From Thermoplasmata archaeon UBA61 (GTDB lineage: Archaea; Thermoplasmatota; Thermoplasmata; Lutacidiplasmatales; UBA184), in assembly GCA_002503985.1 (NCBI GenBank), contig DASW01000001.1:10508-74507 (forward strand): a DNA stretch of 64,000 nucleotides, read 5' to 3'. Below the pieces are notes generated by a model. That model was not told the origin of the DNA and did not search any database. It worked only from the letters and a program-made list of their open reading frames with translations. Of the stretch, positions 1 to 8,913 are shown piece after piece. How positions within the stretch are numbered: position 1 is the stretch's first letter; every line of letters starts with the position of its first letter. Made by a program: the position numbers and the translations under genes.

Positions 1-891
1 GCGGAGACCCCTTCGCGTGACCTCGTCCGCTTCGAACGGAGGGGAGGGACGGTCCTCCTGACGTTAGACTCGCCGCCAGTCAACGTGCTTTCGATGCCTG
101 TGGTCGCGGCTCTTTCGGTTCGGCTGTCCGAAGCGGAGGCGGACCCCGAAGCCCGCGTCGTGGTGATTGCAAGTGCCTTCGAAAAGGCGTTCGCGGCCGG
201 TGCGGACGTCCGAGAGATGGCCTCGATGGATTCCGAGCGGGTGCGGGTCAACGGTGCCCGAGGCCAGGCCCTCACCCGTCAGATCGAGCACCTCCCCCTA
301 CCCGTCATAGCCGCAGTACGCGGAGTTGCCCTGGGAGGAGGATGCGAGCTGTGTCTCGCATGCGACTTCATCATCGCGAGCGAGGACGCTCAGTTCGGCC
401 AGCCCGAGATCAACCTCGGGATCATGCCCGGGTGGGGAGGAACCCGCCGTCTTCCGCGCCGGATTGGTGCGGCGCGGGCTCGGCGGTGGATGATGACTGG
501 CCGCTCCGTTTCGGCCTCCGAAGCCTTCACTCAGGGACTTGTCGACCGAGTGGTACCTCGCTCGGAGGTCCTTCCGACCGCGTTCGCCCTCGCCGAGGAG
601 CTCGCCACCAAGCCCCCCATTACCCTCGCCGCGGTGAAGTACGCGGTCCTGGGAGCGGTCGACCCACGCATCGATTCCGGCCTCGCCTACGAGCTCGACA
701 TTTGGGCTCGGCTGTTCGGCACCGACGGACAGAAGGAAGGGATGCGGGCCTTTCTCGAGAAGCGCGCTCCTCCTCCCCCGATGTCGCGGCGAGACTGGGA
801 AGCCGCTTCCGAGGGCTTCCCCTGGGCGCGGGACGCCACCCGCCGGTCGATGGGAAAGCGGAATAAGGACGAGACGTCGAGACGGGACTGA
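1..891 (+). CDS. Enoyl-CoA hydratase/isomerase (crotonase family), 5' end probably upstream of the window
   Basis: Frame +1 is open from base 1 (AETPSRDLVRFERREGTVLLTLDSPPVNVL...); motifs FAAGADV, ALGGGCEL, FGQPEINLGIMPGWGGT, EGMRAFLEKR. Confidence 0.92.
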   Translation, partial: AETPSRDLVRFERRGGTVLLTLDSPPVNVLSMPVVAALSVRLSEAEADPEARVVVIASAFEKAFAAGADVREMASMDSERVRVNGARGQALTRQIEHLPLPVIAAVRGVALGGGCELCLACDFIIASEDAQFGQPEINLGIMPGWGGTRRLPRRIGAARARRWMMTGRSVSASEAFTQGLVDRVVPRSEVLPTAFALAEELATKPPITLAAVKYAVLGAVDPRIDSGLAYELDIWARLFGTDGQKEGMRAFLEKRAPPPPMSRRDWEAASEGFPWARDATRRSMGKRNKDETSRRD

Positions 892-966
892 CGCCGCGGT
901 GGCTCAGGTTGGCAGAGCGGCTCCTTGGTAAGGAGCAGGCCGAGGGTTCAAATCCCTCCCGCGGCT
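631..966 (+). repeat. Direct repeat copy 1 (crotonase 3' end + tRNA-Thr), 336 bp
   Basis: Aligns without gaps to 7122-7457 (offset 6491); last 84 bp (883-966) identical, coding part diverged. Confidence 0.93.
893..966 (+). tRNA. tRNA-Thr(GGT), copy 1
   Basis: GCCGCGG/CCGCGGC acceptor stem, GCTCC-TTGGTAA-GGAGC anticodon arm, GAGGG-TTCAAAT-CCCTC T arm; CCA not encoded. Confidence 0.97.
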
Positions 967-1126
967 CTTCATACTGCTTCCCATTCAATCGAGTGTCACA
1001 TCAACCCGAGGGTTCCGTAACAGGGGCTGAGGAGGAACAACCACGCAGAGCCGGGCATTGGGAAAGCCGACAGCTGGCATTTGCCGGAAAAAGAGTTAAC
1101 AGGGATTGCTGTTAGCGGGGGCGCGT

Positions 1127-2110
1127 ATGGGGGGAAGAAGGGCGTTCATTACCGGGGTAACCGGACAGGATGGTTCGTACCTCGCGGAGCTGCTTCTCAA
1201 GAAAGGCTACGAAGTCTTTGGCCTGGTTCGTCGGCTCAGTAGCCCGAATATGTCGAATTTGCAGACCGTCCGAGAGGAATTACACACCCTGGACGGCGAC
1301 CTGACGGACCAATCCTCCCTTAGTCATGCAGTGAAGTTGGCTGACCCTGAAGAGGTTTACAATCTTGCGGCTCAATCGTTCGTAGCAACGTCGTTCTCCC
1401 AACCGGTGCTGACTGGTGAGATCACTGGATTGGGTGTGATACGACTCCTGGAAGCGGTCCGTGCCCACAATCCGTCGGTGAAGTTTTACCAAGCTTCTTC
1501 GAGCGAGATGTTTGGCCATATCGCGCAGGAACCTCAGGACGAAACCACTCCATTCCATCCGCGGAGCCCCTACGGCGTCGCGAAGGTCTACGCCTACTGG
1601 GCCTGCGTGAACTACCGAGAAGCTTACGGTCTACCGATTTCCAACGGGATCCTATTCAACCACGAATCACCACGACGTGGCCTTGAGTTTGTGACACGGA
1701 AGATCTCCGACGGGGTGGCCCGCATCGCTCTGGGAAAGGCCGACTCAATCACTCTCGGAAATCTGGAAGCACGACGGGATTGGGGGTACGCCCCGGACTA
1801 CGTCGACCTCATGTGGCGAACCTTGCAGCAGAGCGAGCCCGGAGACTTCGTCGGAGCCACCGGGGAGGCTCACACCGTCCGCGAATTCCTCCAAGAGGCG
1901 TTCAAAGTTGCTGGAATCGAGAACTGGGAAGGCCACGTTAAGACCGACCCGAAATTCAACCGGCCCGCCGAGGTCTACGCCTTGCGTGGCAACCCGGCGA
2001 AGGCGAAGCGGGTGCTAGGCTGGGAGCCCAAAGTGCGATTCAAGGAACTGGTTCGGATTATGGTCCGGGCCGACCTTGAACGCCTGTCCAAGGGTCAATC
2101 GGGCGCCTAG
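1127..2110 (+). CDS. gmd: GDP-mannose 4,6-dehydratase
   Basis: ITGVTGQDGSYL, NLAAQSFV, YQASSSEMFG, PRSPYGVAK, NHESPRRG, RDWG. Confidence 0.96.
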   Translation: MGGRRAFITGVTGQDGSYLAELLLKKGYEVFGLVRRLSSPNMSNLQTVREELHTLDGDLTDQSSLSHAVKLADPEEVYNLAAQSFVATSFSQPVLTGEITGLGVIRLLEAVRAHNPSVKFYQASSSEMFGHIAQEPQDETTPFHPRSPYGVAKVYAYWACVNYREAYGLPISNGILFNHESPRRGLEFVTRKISDGVARIALGKADSITLGNLEARRDWGYAPDYVDLMWRTLQQSEPGDFVGATGEAHTVREFLQEAFKVAGIENWEGHVKTDPKFNRPAEVYALRGNPAKAKRVLGWEPKVRFKELVRIMVRADLERLSKGQSGA

Positions 2111-3321
2111 GCGCGTCCCATAGCCGTTTGGGCAGCGTGAGTCGAACTCCATTGGCCACCGGGGTTTCGGGTCGCGACAGGGTCCAAGGGGCAAGCCCCC
2201 TCTATCCAGTCCGCCAGTTCGTCGATCATCCGTTGTCCCAAGAAGTCCTGTGCGCGATGGACGCACGCGTCTCGGGAAATACCGGTGTCTCCGCGTCGCC
2301 ATATCTCCGTGGCCTTGGACACCATTTCATCAGGGGTGGCCACTAGCCAGCCCGTTGTGCCGTTCACTACCGTTGAAGCCGGGCCTTGCCGATTGTACGT
2401 CAGAACCGGGGTGCCGCAGGCCATCGACTCGATTGGAACGAGCCCCATGGGCTCACACGTGAAGGGGAACAACGTGAACAAGGCGTTGGAGTAGAGTTCG
2501 ACGAGTTTGCGTTTGCTCACTCGGCCGAGCCACTCGATCGAGTTGGTGATGTGCTTCAGGCGGGTCCCGGTGGGAATCTTGTTTCCGAAACCCACGATCC
2601 GGACCCCCGCATCGAGGAGGGCGCGGAAGTTCAGCGTATCCGTTTCCTTACCCACATACAGCAAGACATAATCGCGACGCGGAGGCTGAGACGTGGGCTG
2701 GAATTCGGACATGTCCTTCAGCGTGTAGACGACTCCCTCCACGGGGACACCGCGCTCTTGGTAGAGGTCCATGAGGTACGGAGAGTTCGCGACGATGCGC
2801 ATCGTCCTCGTCCGGATTCGACGGAGGACTCTGGCGTCGAGGGACGCCAAGGCACCCCCGGCAATGAGATTCACCATACGCGCGACGGGGTTGGTGCTTG
2901 CCATCCCCTGAATCGTCTGGTCCAGAGGTGTCCCGAGAATCCACCAGAGGTCACTAATGACGGGAACCGTCATGGAGAGGTTCACTACGTACTCAGACTG
3001 GCCCGCCCTCAAGCAGTTCGATGCATCGCGGGCGTTCCGCTGCATCAGGGCCTCGCGGGTCCAGCTCTCGGCCCAAAGCATCGACTCGTTGTGCGAGCCG
3101 CGAGCACGAAGGAAGCGGTTGAAAGGAAAGCCGCCATTGCCGGGGGTGATCAAGTTGCACCCGGACTCGACCAGTGCCTGGGCTTGCTTGTGGTCACAGT
3201 ACGGGGTGTAGACCGTGAGCTCGTACCGATACCTAAGGCCCTGGGCGAGTGAATCGAGAATTTCAAATTGGACGGACGTCGTACCGCCGATGGGGTCTGC
3301 CACAAGCAATAGTCGCTTCAT
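2107..3321 (-). CDS. Glycosyltransferase family 4 (GT-B)
   Basis: C-terminal EPMGLVPIESMACGTPV (E-x7-E) motif; start set at MKRLLLVAD. Confidence 0.88.
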   Translation of the reverse strand: MKRLLLVADPIGGTTSVQFEILDSLAQGLRYRYELTVYTPYCDHKQAQALVESGCNLITPGNGGFPFNRFLRARGSHNESMLWAESWTREALMQRNARDASNCLRAGQSEYVVNLSMTVPVISDLWWILGTPLDQTIQGMASTNPVARMVNLIAGGALASLDARVLRRIRTRTMRIVANSPYLMDLYQERGVPVEGVVYTLKDMSEFQPTSQPPRRDYVLLYVGKETDTLNFRALLDAGVRIVGFGNKIPTGTRLKHITNSIEWLGRVSKRKLVELYSNALFTLFPFTCEPMGLVPIESMACGTPVLTYNRQGPASTVVNGTTGWLVATPDEMVSKATEIWRRGDTGISRDACVHRAQDFLGQRMIDELADWIEGACPLDPVATRNPGGQWSSTHAAQTAMGRA

Positions 3322-3532
3322 TGGCAGAGTTAGCCGACGCCGCTGGCTACAATTCATCGGTGGCAGTATTTAACCCCACGTGGCCCACATGATGCCCGGA
3401 CCGACGACGAGGTCCGGGTAGAAGTAAGAGCCGACGCCGCGCTTCGAAGGGGAATGCCCCGCCTAAGTCGTCCCCCCAGACACTCAAACATGCCTCGATG
3501 CCCTCATTTATCCAGAGTTGGTTCTCTCGACC

Positions 3533-4522
3533 GTGCGAGTGTTGATAACCGGGGGAGCCGGGTTCATCGGGTCCAACCTTGCCCATTACTGGCTAACTAA
3601 CCGTCCCGAGGATTCGGTCGTCGTGTATGATTCCCTAACCTACGCCGGCCACCGCGAATCCCTCAGCGACCTCGAGTCCCACTGGAACTTTACGTTCGTC
3701 CGAGGGGATATTCGAGATCCCTCCGCTCTCGGTCTGGCGCTAAAGGACATCGACCTTGTCTTGCATCTGGCCGCGGAGAGCCACAACGATCGCGCCATCC
3801 GGGACCCAATCCTCGCGGTCGAAACCAATGTCCTCGGCACGTCGATTCTTCTCGAAGCCTGTCGCAAGTCCCGCATCTCGCGGCTCCATCATGTCTCCAC
3901 GGACGAAGTCTACGGCTCTCTGGAATTGGGGACCAACGAACGGTTCACTCTCGACTCGCCCTACGCTCCGCGCGGTCCGTACTCGGCCAGCAAGGCCTCG
4001 TCAGACCATATGGTCCGAGCATGGTTCGAAACGTATGGTCTGCCTTCCACTATCTCCAACTCGGGGAATAATTTCGGTCCGTACCAGCATCCAGAGAAAC
4101 TGATTCCACGGGCGATTACGAATCTCTTTCTGGGCCGAACCGTCCCCCTGTACGGTGACGGCCTGAACGTCCGCGACTGGATCTTCGTCGACGACCATTG
4201 TTCTGCGCTGGACCTGATCGTCCACCGCGGGAAGTTGGGCCAAACGTACCTCGTCTCCGCCCGAATGGAACTCTCCAACATCGAGGTGATTCGGCGGATC
4301 CTCCGGCATCTGGGAAAGGGAGAGGATTCGATCGAATGGGTGCCGGACCGCCCCGGGCACGACCGTCGGTACGCGTTGGAGGCTCAACGGCTCACCGACG
4401 AGCTCGGTTGGCGCCCCGCCCATGATTTCGACCAAGCCCTGACCGAAACCATTGAGTGGTACCGTCGCAACCCCGCGTGGTGGCGTGGCATTCTCCCTCC
4501 AGTTCCACCGGTGAACCGATGA
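3533..4522 (+). CDS. rmlB: dTDP-glucose 4,6-dehydratase
   Basis: ITGGAGFIGSN, LTYAG, HLAAESH, HVSTDEVYG, YSASK, DRPGHDRRY. Confidence 0.96.
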   Translation: MRVLITGGAGFIGSNLAHYWLTNRPEDSVVVYDSLTYAGHRESLSDLESHWNFTFVRGDIRDPSALGLALKDIDLVLHLAAESHNDRAIRDPILAVETNVLGTSILLEACRKSRISRLHHVSTDEVYGSLELGTNERFTLDSPYAPRGPYSASKASSDHMVRAWFETYGLPSTISNSGNNFGPYQHPEKLIPRAITNLFLGRTVPLYGDGLNVRDWIFVDDHCSALDLIVHRGKLGQTYLVSARMELSNIEVIRRILRHLGKGEDSIEWVPDRPGHDRRYALEAQRLTDELGWRPAHDFDQALTETIEWYRRNPAWWRGILPPVPPVNR

Positions 4523-5100
4523 AGTCCGACCTCCCGCGTCTGCGTACCATTTCACCCGAGGCCAGCCGGATCTCGTTCGTGAACGTCGTCCCACGGACCC
4601 TGCACGGAGACCCACGGGGTTTCCTCCTGGAAACGCACCGTCGAGATGACCGGTCGGTAGAGGGAGATCACTTCGCCATGACGTACGTCTCGGTCACCGT
4701 CCCGGGAGAGTTCCGGGACCGCAATCGCTGGCACATTCACAAGATACAGACCGACCGATTCGTGGTCGCGCTGGGAGAGATGATCATAGCCCTATACGAC
4801 CATCGCGAGGCGTCTCCTACCCATGGACGAATCGAGGCGATCCGCATGGTCGGCGCTCCCTACGACCGGCTTTCTCCACCGACCAAGGAGGACATCGTGA
4901 CGTTCCTGGTATCGATTCCCCCCGGGGTTTGCCACTGCATTGGCAACCTCTCCCGTCATCCCTTCGTCTTGGTCAACTCGCCGACCGAGCTCTACGACCC
5001 CGCGGACGAAGGCCGGTTGCCGTTTGCCGGCGTCCACATAGACAGCCTAGAGGGGCCGTTCGACTGGAACCGGGTTGCGATCGAGCCGCCGAATCCATGA
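4519..5100 (+). CDS. rmlC: dTDP-4-dehydrorhamnose 3,5-epimerase-like cupin
   Basis: DPRGFLLE, WHIH..QTDRF, IPPGVCH; ATGA overlaps with rmlB and rmlD. Confidence 0.8.
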   Translation: MKSDLPRLRTISPEASRISFVNVVPRTLHGDPRGFLLETHRRDDRSVEGDHFAMTYVSVTVPGEFRDRNRWHIHKIQTDRFVVALGEMIIALYDHREASPTHGRIEAIRMVGAPYDRLSPPTKEDIVTFLVSIPPGVCHCIGNLSRHPFVLVNSPTELYDPADEGRLPFAGVHIDSLEGPFDWNRVAIEPPNP

Positions 5101-6032
5101 CCGACCTCCTGGTCTTTGGAAGCAGCTCCTTGGTGGGCTCTCACTTCGTAATGACGACCCGCCATCGTGTAATGGACATGGGCCAGATTGACCCCCGAGC
5201 GGAGAAGCTGCCCGTGGTGGGGTTTGCCCCCATCGACCTCACGGACGCTGCCCGCGTCGAGGAGGCCGTGCGTCGTTCGAACGCCGAGGTGGTCGTGAAT
5301 TTCGCGGCTGCGACCGACGTCGACGCCGTCGAACGAGAGCGCCCCCGCTCACCGGAAGGAGCTCAAGGACCCGCGTTTCTGATCAACGCTGCGGCCCCCG
5401 AAGCCATGGCACGAGCGACACGGGAGACCGGTAAGTTCCTCGTCTCCCTCTCGACAGATTTTGTCTTCGACGGGGTGGACGGACCGTACTCGGAGGATGC
5501 CGGACCGATGTCGTTCTCCCCTAAACTTTCGTGGTACGGCTGGACCAAGGGGGAGGGCGAACGACGGGTCCGAGCGATCAATCCCGCCGCGGCGGTCGTC
5601 CGTATCGCCTACCCATACCGTGCCTCGCATTCGGGCAAACTCGACTTCGCTCGCAAGATCGTCGACGGGCATCGACGGCGCGCCCTTCCGCCCTACTTTT
5701 CGGACCAGCAAATCACTCCAACGTGGGTACCTGACGTGAGTCGCGCCCTGGAGTTCTTGATCGACGGGCGGAAGGCCGGGGTCTTCCACGTGGCCTCTCC
5801 CACGGTCACCTCCCCGTATCTGTTCGCCCGCGAGCTCCTGTTGGCGATCGAACACCGCCCTCCTGAGCTAACTGAGGGATCCTTGAAGCAATTCCTGGCT
5901 CGTCCTGGGACCACCCCGCGCCCCATCCGGGGAGGCCTGCGATGCACCCGCCTACCTGCGGCCGGCCTGCAGCTCACGGATTGGCGCGATGGAATCCGTC
6001 AATTCGCCGCGGAACGGGGGGATGCAGGATGA
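5097..6032 (+). CDS. rmlD: dTDP-4-dehydrorhamnose reductase
   Basis: NFAAATDVDAVE, STDFVFDG, YGWTK, DQQITPT. Confidence 0.88.
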   Translation: MTDLLVFGSSSLVGSHFVMTTRHRVMDMGQIDPRAEKLPVVGFAPIDLTDAARVEEAVRRSNAEVVVNFAAATDVDAVERERPRSPEGAQGPAFLINAAAPEAMARATRETGKFLVSLSTDFVFDGVDGPYSEDAGPMSFSPKLSWYGWTKGEGERRVRAINPAAAVVRIAYPYRASHSGKLDFARKIVDGHRRRALPPYFSDQQITPTWVPDVSRALEFLIDGRKAGVFHVASPTVTSPYLFARELLLAIEHRPPELTEGSLKQFLARPGTTPRPIRGGLRCTRLPAAGLQLTDWRDGIRQFAAERGDAG

Positions 6033-7105
6033 AGGGACTTCTACTCGCCGGCGGACATGGAACCCGCCTCAGACCCCTGACGTTCACCGGGAACAAGCAC
6101 ATGATCCCGATCGCCAACGAGCCGATGCTCTTCTACGGTCTGCGACACCTCGCAGAGGGGAGCGTCAAGGAAGTAGGGATCATCCTAGGCCCGCTTCACG
6201 AAGGGATCGAAGAAGCGGTCGGGGATGGAAGCGCGTTCGGTCTCAGAGTTACCTACATTCACCAAGGAGACCCGAAAGGCCTCGCCCACGCGGTACTCTG
6301 CGCCCGCGCTTTCCTGGGTGACGAGCCCTTCGTGATGTATCTCGGAGACAACTTGCTGCAAGAGGGAACCCGACCTCTCATCAAGCTGTTCCATGACACA
6401 GAGTGCGACGCTGCGGTCGGTGTCACCCCGGTGCCGAATCCCAGCAGTTACGGGATTGCGGAAATGGATGGTGACAAGCTCGTCTCCATCGCCGAGAAGC
6501 CCACGGCCCCTCGCAGCAATCTTGCCCTAATCGGGGTCTATGTGTTCTCTCCGCGCATCCATCCCATTATCCAAGAGCTGATACCGTCGCGCCGCGGGGA
6601 ATTGGAGATCACGGATGCGATCTGGAAGCTCCGCGAAGAGCACCGAACTGTGTCTGTCCGGCATGTTGAAGGCTGGTGGAAGGACACCGGCCGCCCCGAG
6701 GACCTCCTTGAGGCGAACGACCTCGTTCTCCAGACCTCCGTGCCGGGGGGATTTGTAAACCTCGGGACAGTTGCTGAAGGCGCCGTCCTCGAAGGGCCAA
6801 TCCGCATCGGTCGCGGGTCGTTCGTCGCCCCGAACGCAAGAATCGAGGGGCCGGTGGTCATCGGAAATGACGTCCGGATCGAGACAGAGGCCCGGATTGG
6901 CCCTTCTGTTTCCATAGGGAACCGCTGCACGATCGGCCGGCGGGGCGGCGTTCGCAGATCGATCGTCATGGAAGAAACGGTCGTCGAGGGGTCCGTGACC
7001 CTCTCCAACAGCATAGTCGGGCGTCGAGCGACGATTAGTTCCGGAGGAAACGAGTCAATCGAGGTCTCGTGCATTGTCGGGGATTCCTCCCGTCTCCTGT
7101 TCTAG
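6029..7105 (+). CDS. rmlA: Glucose-1-phosphate thymidylyltransferase (long form with hexapeptide-repeat tail)
   Basis: LLAGGHGTRLRPLT, GLAHAV, YLGDN, EKP, RGELEITDA, WWKDTG. Confidence 0.94.
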   Translation: MKGLLLAGGHGTRLRPLTFTGNKHMIPIANEPMLFYGLRHLAEGSVKEVGIILGPLHEGIEEAVGDGSAFGLRVTYIHQGDPKGLAHAVLCARAFLGDEPFVMYLGDNLLQEGTRPLIKLFHDTECDAAVGVTPVPNPSSYGIAEMDGDKLVSIAEKPTAPRSNLALIGVYVFSPRIHPIIQELIPSRRGELEITDAIWKLREEHRTVSVRHVEGWWKDTGRPEDLLEANDLVLQTSVPGGFVNLGTVAEGAVLEGPIRIGRGSFVAPNARIEGPVVIGNDVRIETEARIGPSVSIGNRCTIGRRGGVRRSIVMEETVVEGSVTLSNSIVGRRATISSGGNESIEVSCIVGDSSRLLF

Positions 7106-7121
7106 CCGATCACCAGGGAAC

Positions 7122-7382
7122 GCGGAGAAGCATGCCATTCTCGGGCCGCTCGGCCCCCACATCGATGCCGGCCTCGCCTACGAGCTCGAACTATGGGCGC
7201 GATTGCTTGGGATGGAGGGACAGAAGGAGGGCATGCGAGCGTTCCTCGAGAAGCGCCCTCCGCCTCCCCCGGGGTCGCGGCGCGACTCGGAGGTCGCTTC
7301 GAAGGGCTTTCCGTGGGCGCGAGACGCGACACGACCGTCGAAGGGAATGCGGAATAAGGACGAGCCGTCGAGGCGGGACTGA
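7122..7382 (+). pseudogene. Crotonase 3' fragment (diverged duplicate of the end of 1-891)
   Basis: AEKHAILG..GLAYELELWARL..EGMRAFLEKR..SRRD*, colinear with the first gene; N-terminal two-thirds absent. Confidence 0.88.
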
Positions 7383-7383
7383 C

Positions 7384-7457
7384 GCCGCGGTGGCTCAGGT
7401 TGGCAGAGCGGCTCCTTGGTAAGGAGCAGGCCGAGGGTTCAAATCCCTCCCGCGGCT
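7384..7457 (+). tRNA. tRNA-Thr(GGT), copy 2, identical to copy 1
   Basis: Same 74-nt sequence as 893-966, with the same GCGGAATAAGGACGAG box upstream. Confidence 0.97.
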
Positions 7458-7690
7458 TTCCCCGATGGTCTAAGTCCCCGACGAAGTGCCAACATCGACG
7501 ACGACGCCGAGTTGCGCGTTCCCCCGATGGCCCATTCGGCCCGTTCCTGGTTCGGGTCTTCGGCCGGACGAGCCAGAGGAATCCTTCAACAAGACGACCC
7601 AGGCAACCTCCCGTTTCGAACTGATCGAGAAGGCTTAGGACCAATGATTCCAGCTTACCATCCGGCGCGGTGGTCGTTGCCGAGAAACGG

Positions 7691-7822
7691 TCAGAAATGG
7701 AGTGCCCCCGTCAGAAACAGATAAACGAGGACGAACAGCACGGCCACCACGATCAACGCCAGCAGAAACTTCGCGAATGCAGCGATGACCACGATGATGA
7801 TCGCGATGACGATGTCGGTCGT
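7691..7822 (-). pseudogene. Small hydrophobic membrane-protein remnant with no nearby start codon
   Basis: TTDIVIAIIIVVIAAFAKFLLALIVVAVLFVLVYLFLTGALHF*. Confidence 0.5.
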
Positions 7823-8603
7823 GGAGCTTCCCGGAGCTCCCGGCCAGCCATGGAGCCGGGATCGCGGACCGTCCCGCTGGAAGGAAGAACACCATCGGGT
7901 CCGGAGTGCCCGTCTTCGAAACACGCGATCGGTGTGGGTCGAGCTCCTGCCGGACTTCGACCCGAAGAAGATCCGGTACAACCTCCTCGCCGTCTTCGAC
8001 GGGCTCACCTACTGAGGCTCGGTGCCCACTCCGCGGATCGTAGAGAACCTGGTGGCGGCCGGGCGGATTCGTCCCACTGTGGTCGTGCTCGTGGGAAACG
8101 TCCCGCACTCGCGGGCGAAAGAGCTGGGCGGAAACCCCGCGTTCGTCGCCTTCGTTGCCCGAGAGCTCCTCCCATGGCTCCGTCGTCGCTATGGCCTTTC
8201 GACCGAACCCTCAAGAACGGTGCTCGCGGGATCAAGCCTAGGGGGAGTCGCCTCCGCGTGCGCCGCGCTCCAATACCCCCGGCTCTTCGGCAACGTCCTC
8301 GGCCAGTCCGGGGCGTTCATACATCCGGTGCCCCTTGGCAGAAAGTCGTCCTCCACCCTCATGGAGCAATACGCTCATGCTCCGCGGGTACCCATCCGGT
8401 TTTACCTCGACGCAGGGACGCACGAATCGGAAACAATCCCGGAGATGGCCGAGTCGCTCCTCGGCAGCGTCCGCCACCTGCGCGACGTGCTCGAAGCCCG
8501 GGGGTACGCGGTCACATACGCCGAGTTCGAGGGTGGCCACGACTGCGTCTGCTGGATCGGCACGCTCGCCGATGGGTTCGTCCACCTCTTGGGTTGGTCA
8601 TAA
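7812..8603 (+). pseudogene. Enterochelin esterase (Fes/IroD)-like alpha/beta hydrolase, N-truncated, in-frame TGA at 8013-8015
   Basis: SVVELPGAPGQPW..FDGLTY*GSVPTP..GSSLGG nucleophile elbow, QSG, FEGGHD; ORFs 7785-8015 and 8022-8603 share a frame. Confidence 0.82.
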
Positions 8604-8913
8604 GGTCCCCTTCCAGAACATTTCGCCCGTCAAGGGAACAGGCTCAAGAGGCGCGAGGAATCCAGCCTGCCACCTTCAGGCCTGTTGCGCGAAAGCCGTC
8701 TCACCGGGGAGCGTCCGGTCACTTCAGGGAGTCGCTGTCCGCAGGCTTCCGATGAGTCTCCAAACCCTCCGAAGGGTCGTGGGTGCGTCGTAAGCCGACC
8801 GTAGACCGGAAATCTCCCAACGAGGAACGCGCCGAGCGTGGACCCAAGGTTTCCAATCGACCGCGCCCTTATAGGTGGGGCGAGAATCGGCTCTCGCGGA
8901 GACGATAATCGTC

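Larger units (their letters stand above)
7122..7457 (+). repeat. Direct repeat copy 2 (crotonase 3' end + tRNA-Thr)
   Basis: Gap-free match to 631-966. Confidence 0.93.

Noticed and set aside
909-1115. ORFs starting MAERLLGKEQAEGSNPSRG (also 7400-7624) and their antisense partners
   Set aside because: Translations of the tRNA-Thr genes.
8013-8015. TGA as a selenocysteine codon, given the SelB-like gene
   Set aside because: Position is not catalytic, no SECIS was seen, the gene is also truncated, and the SelB-like protein lacks a P-loop.
8749-8908. CCGATGA-GTCTCC...GGAGAC-GATA resembles a hammerhead core
   Set aside because: Both core motifs deviate from CTGATGA/GAAA and stems I and III are not evident.
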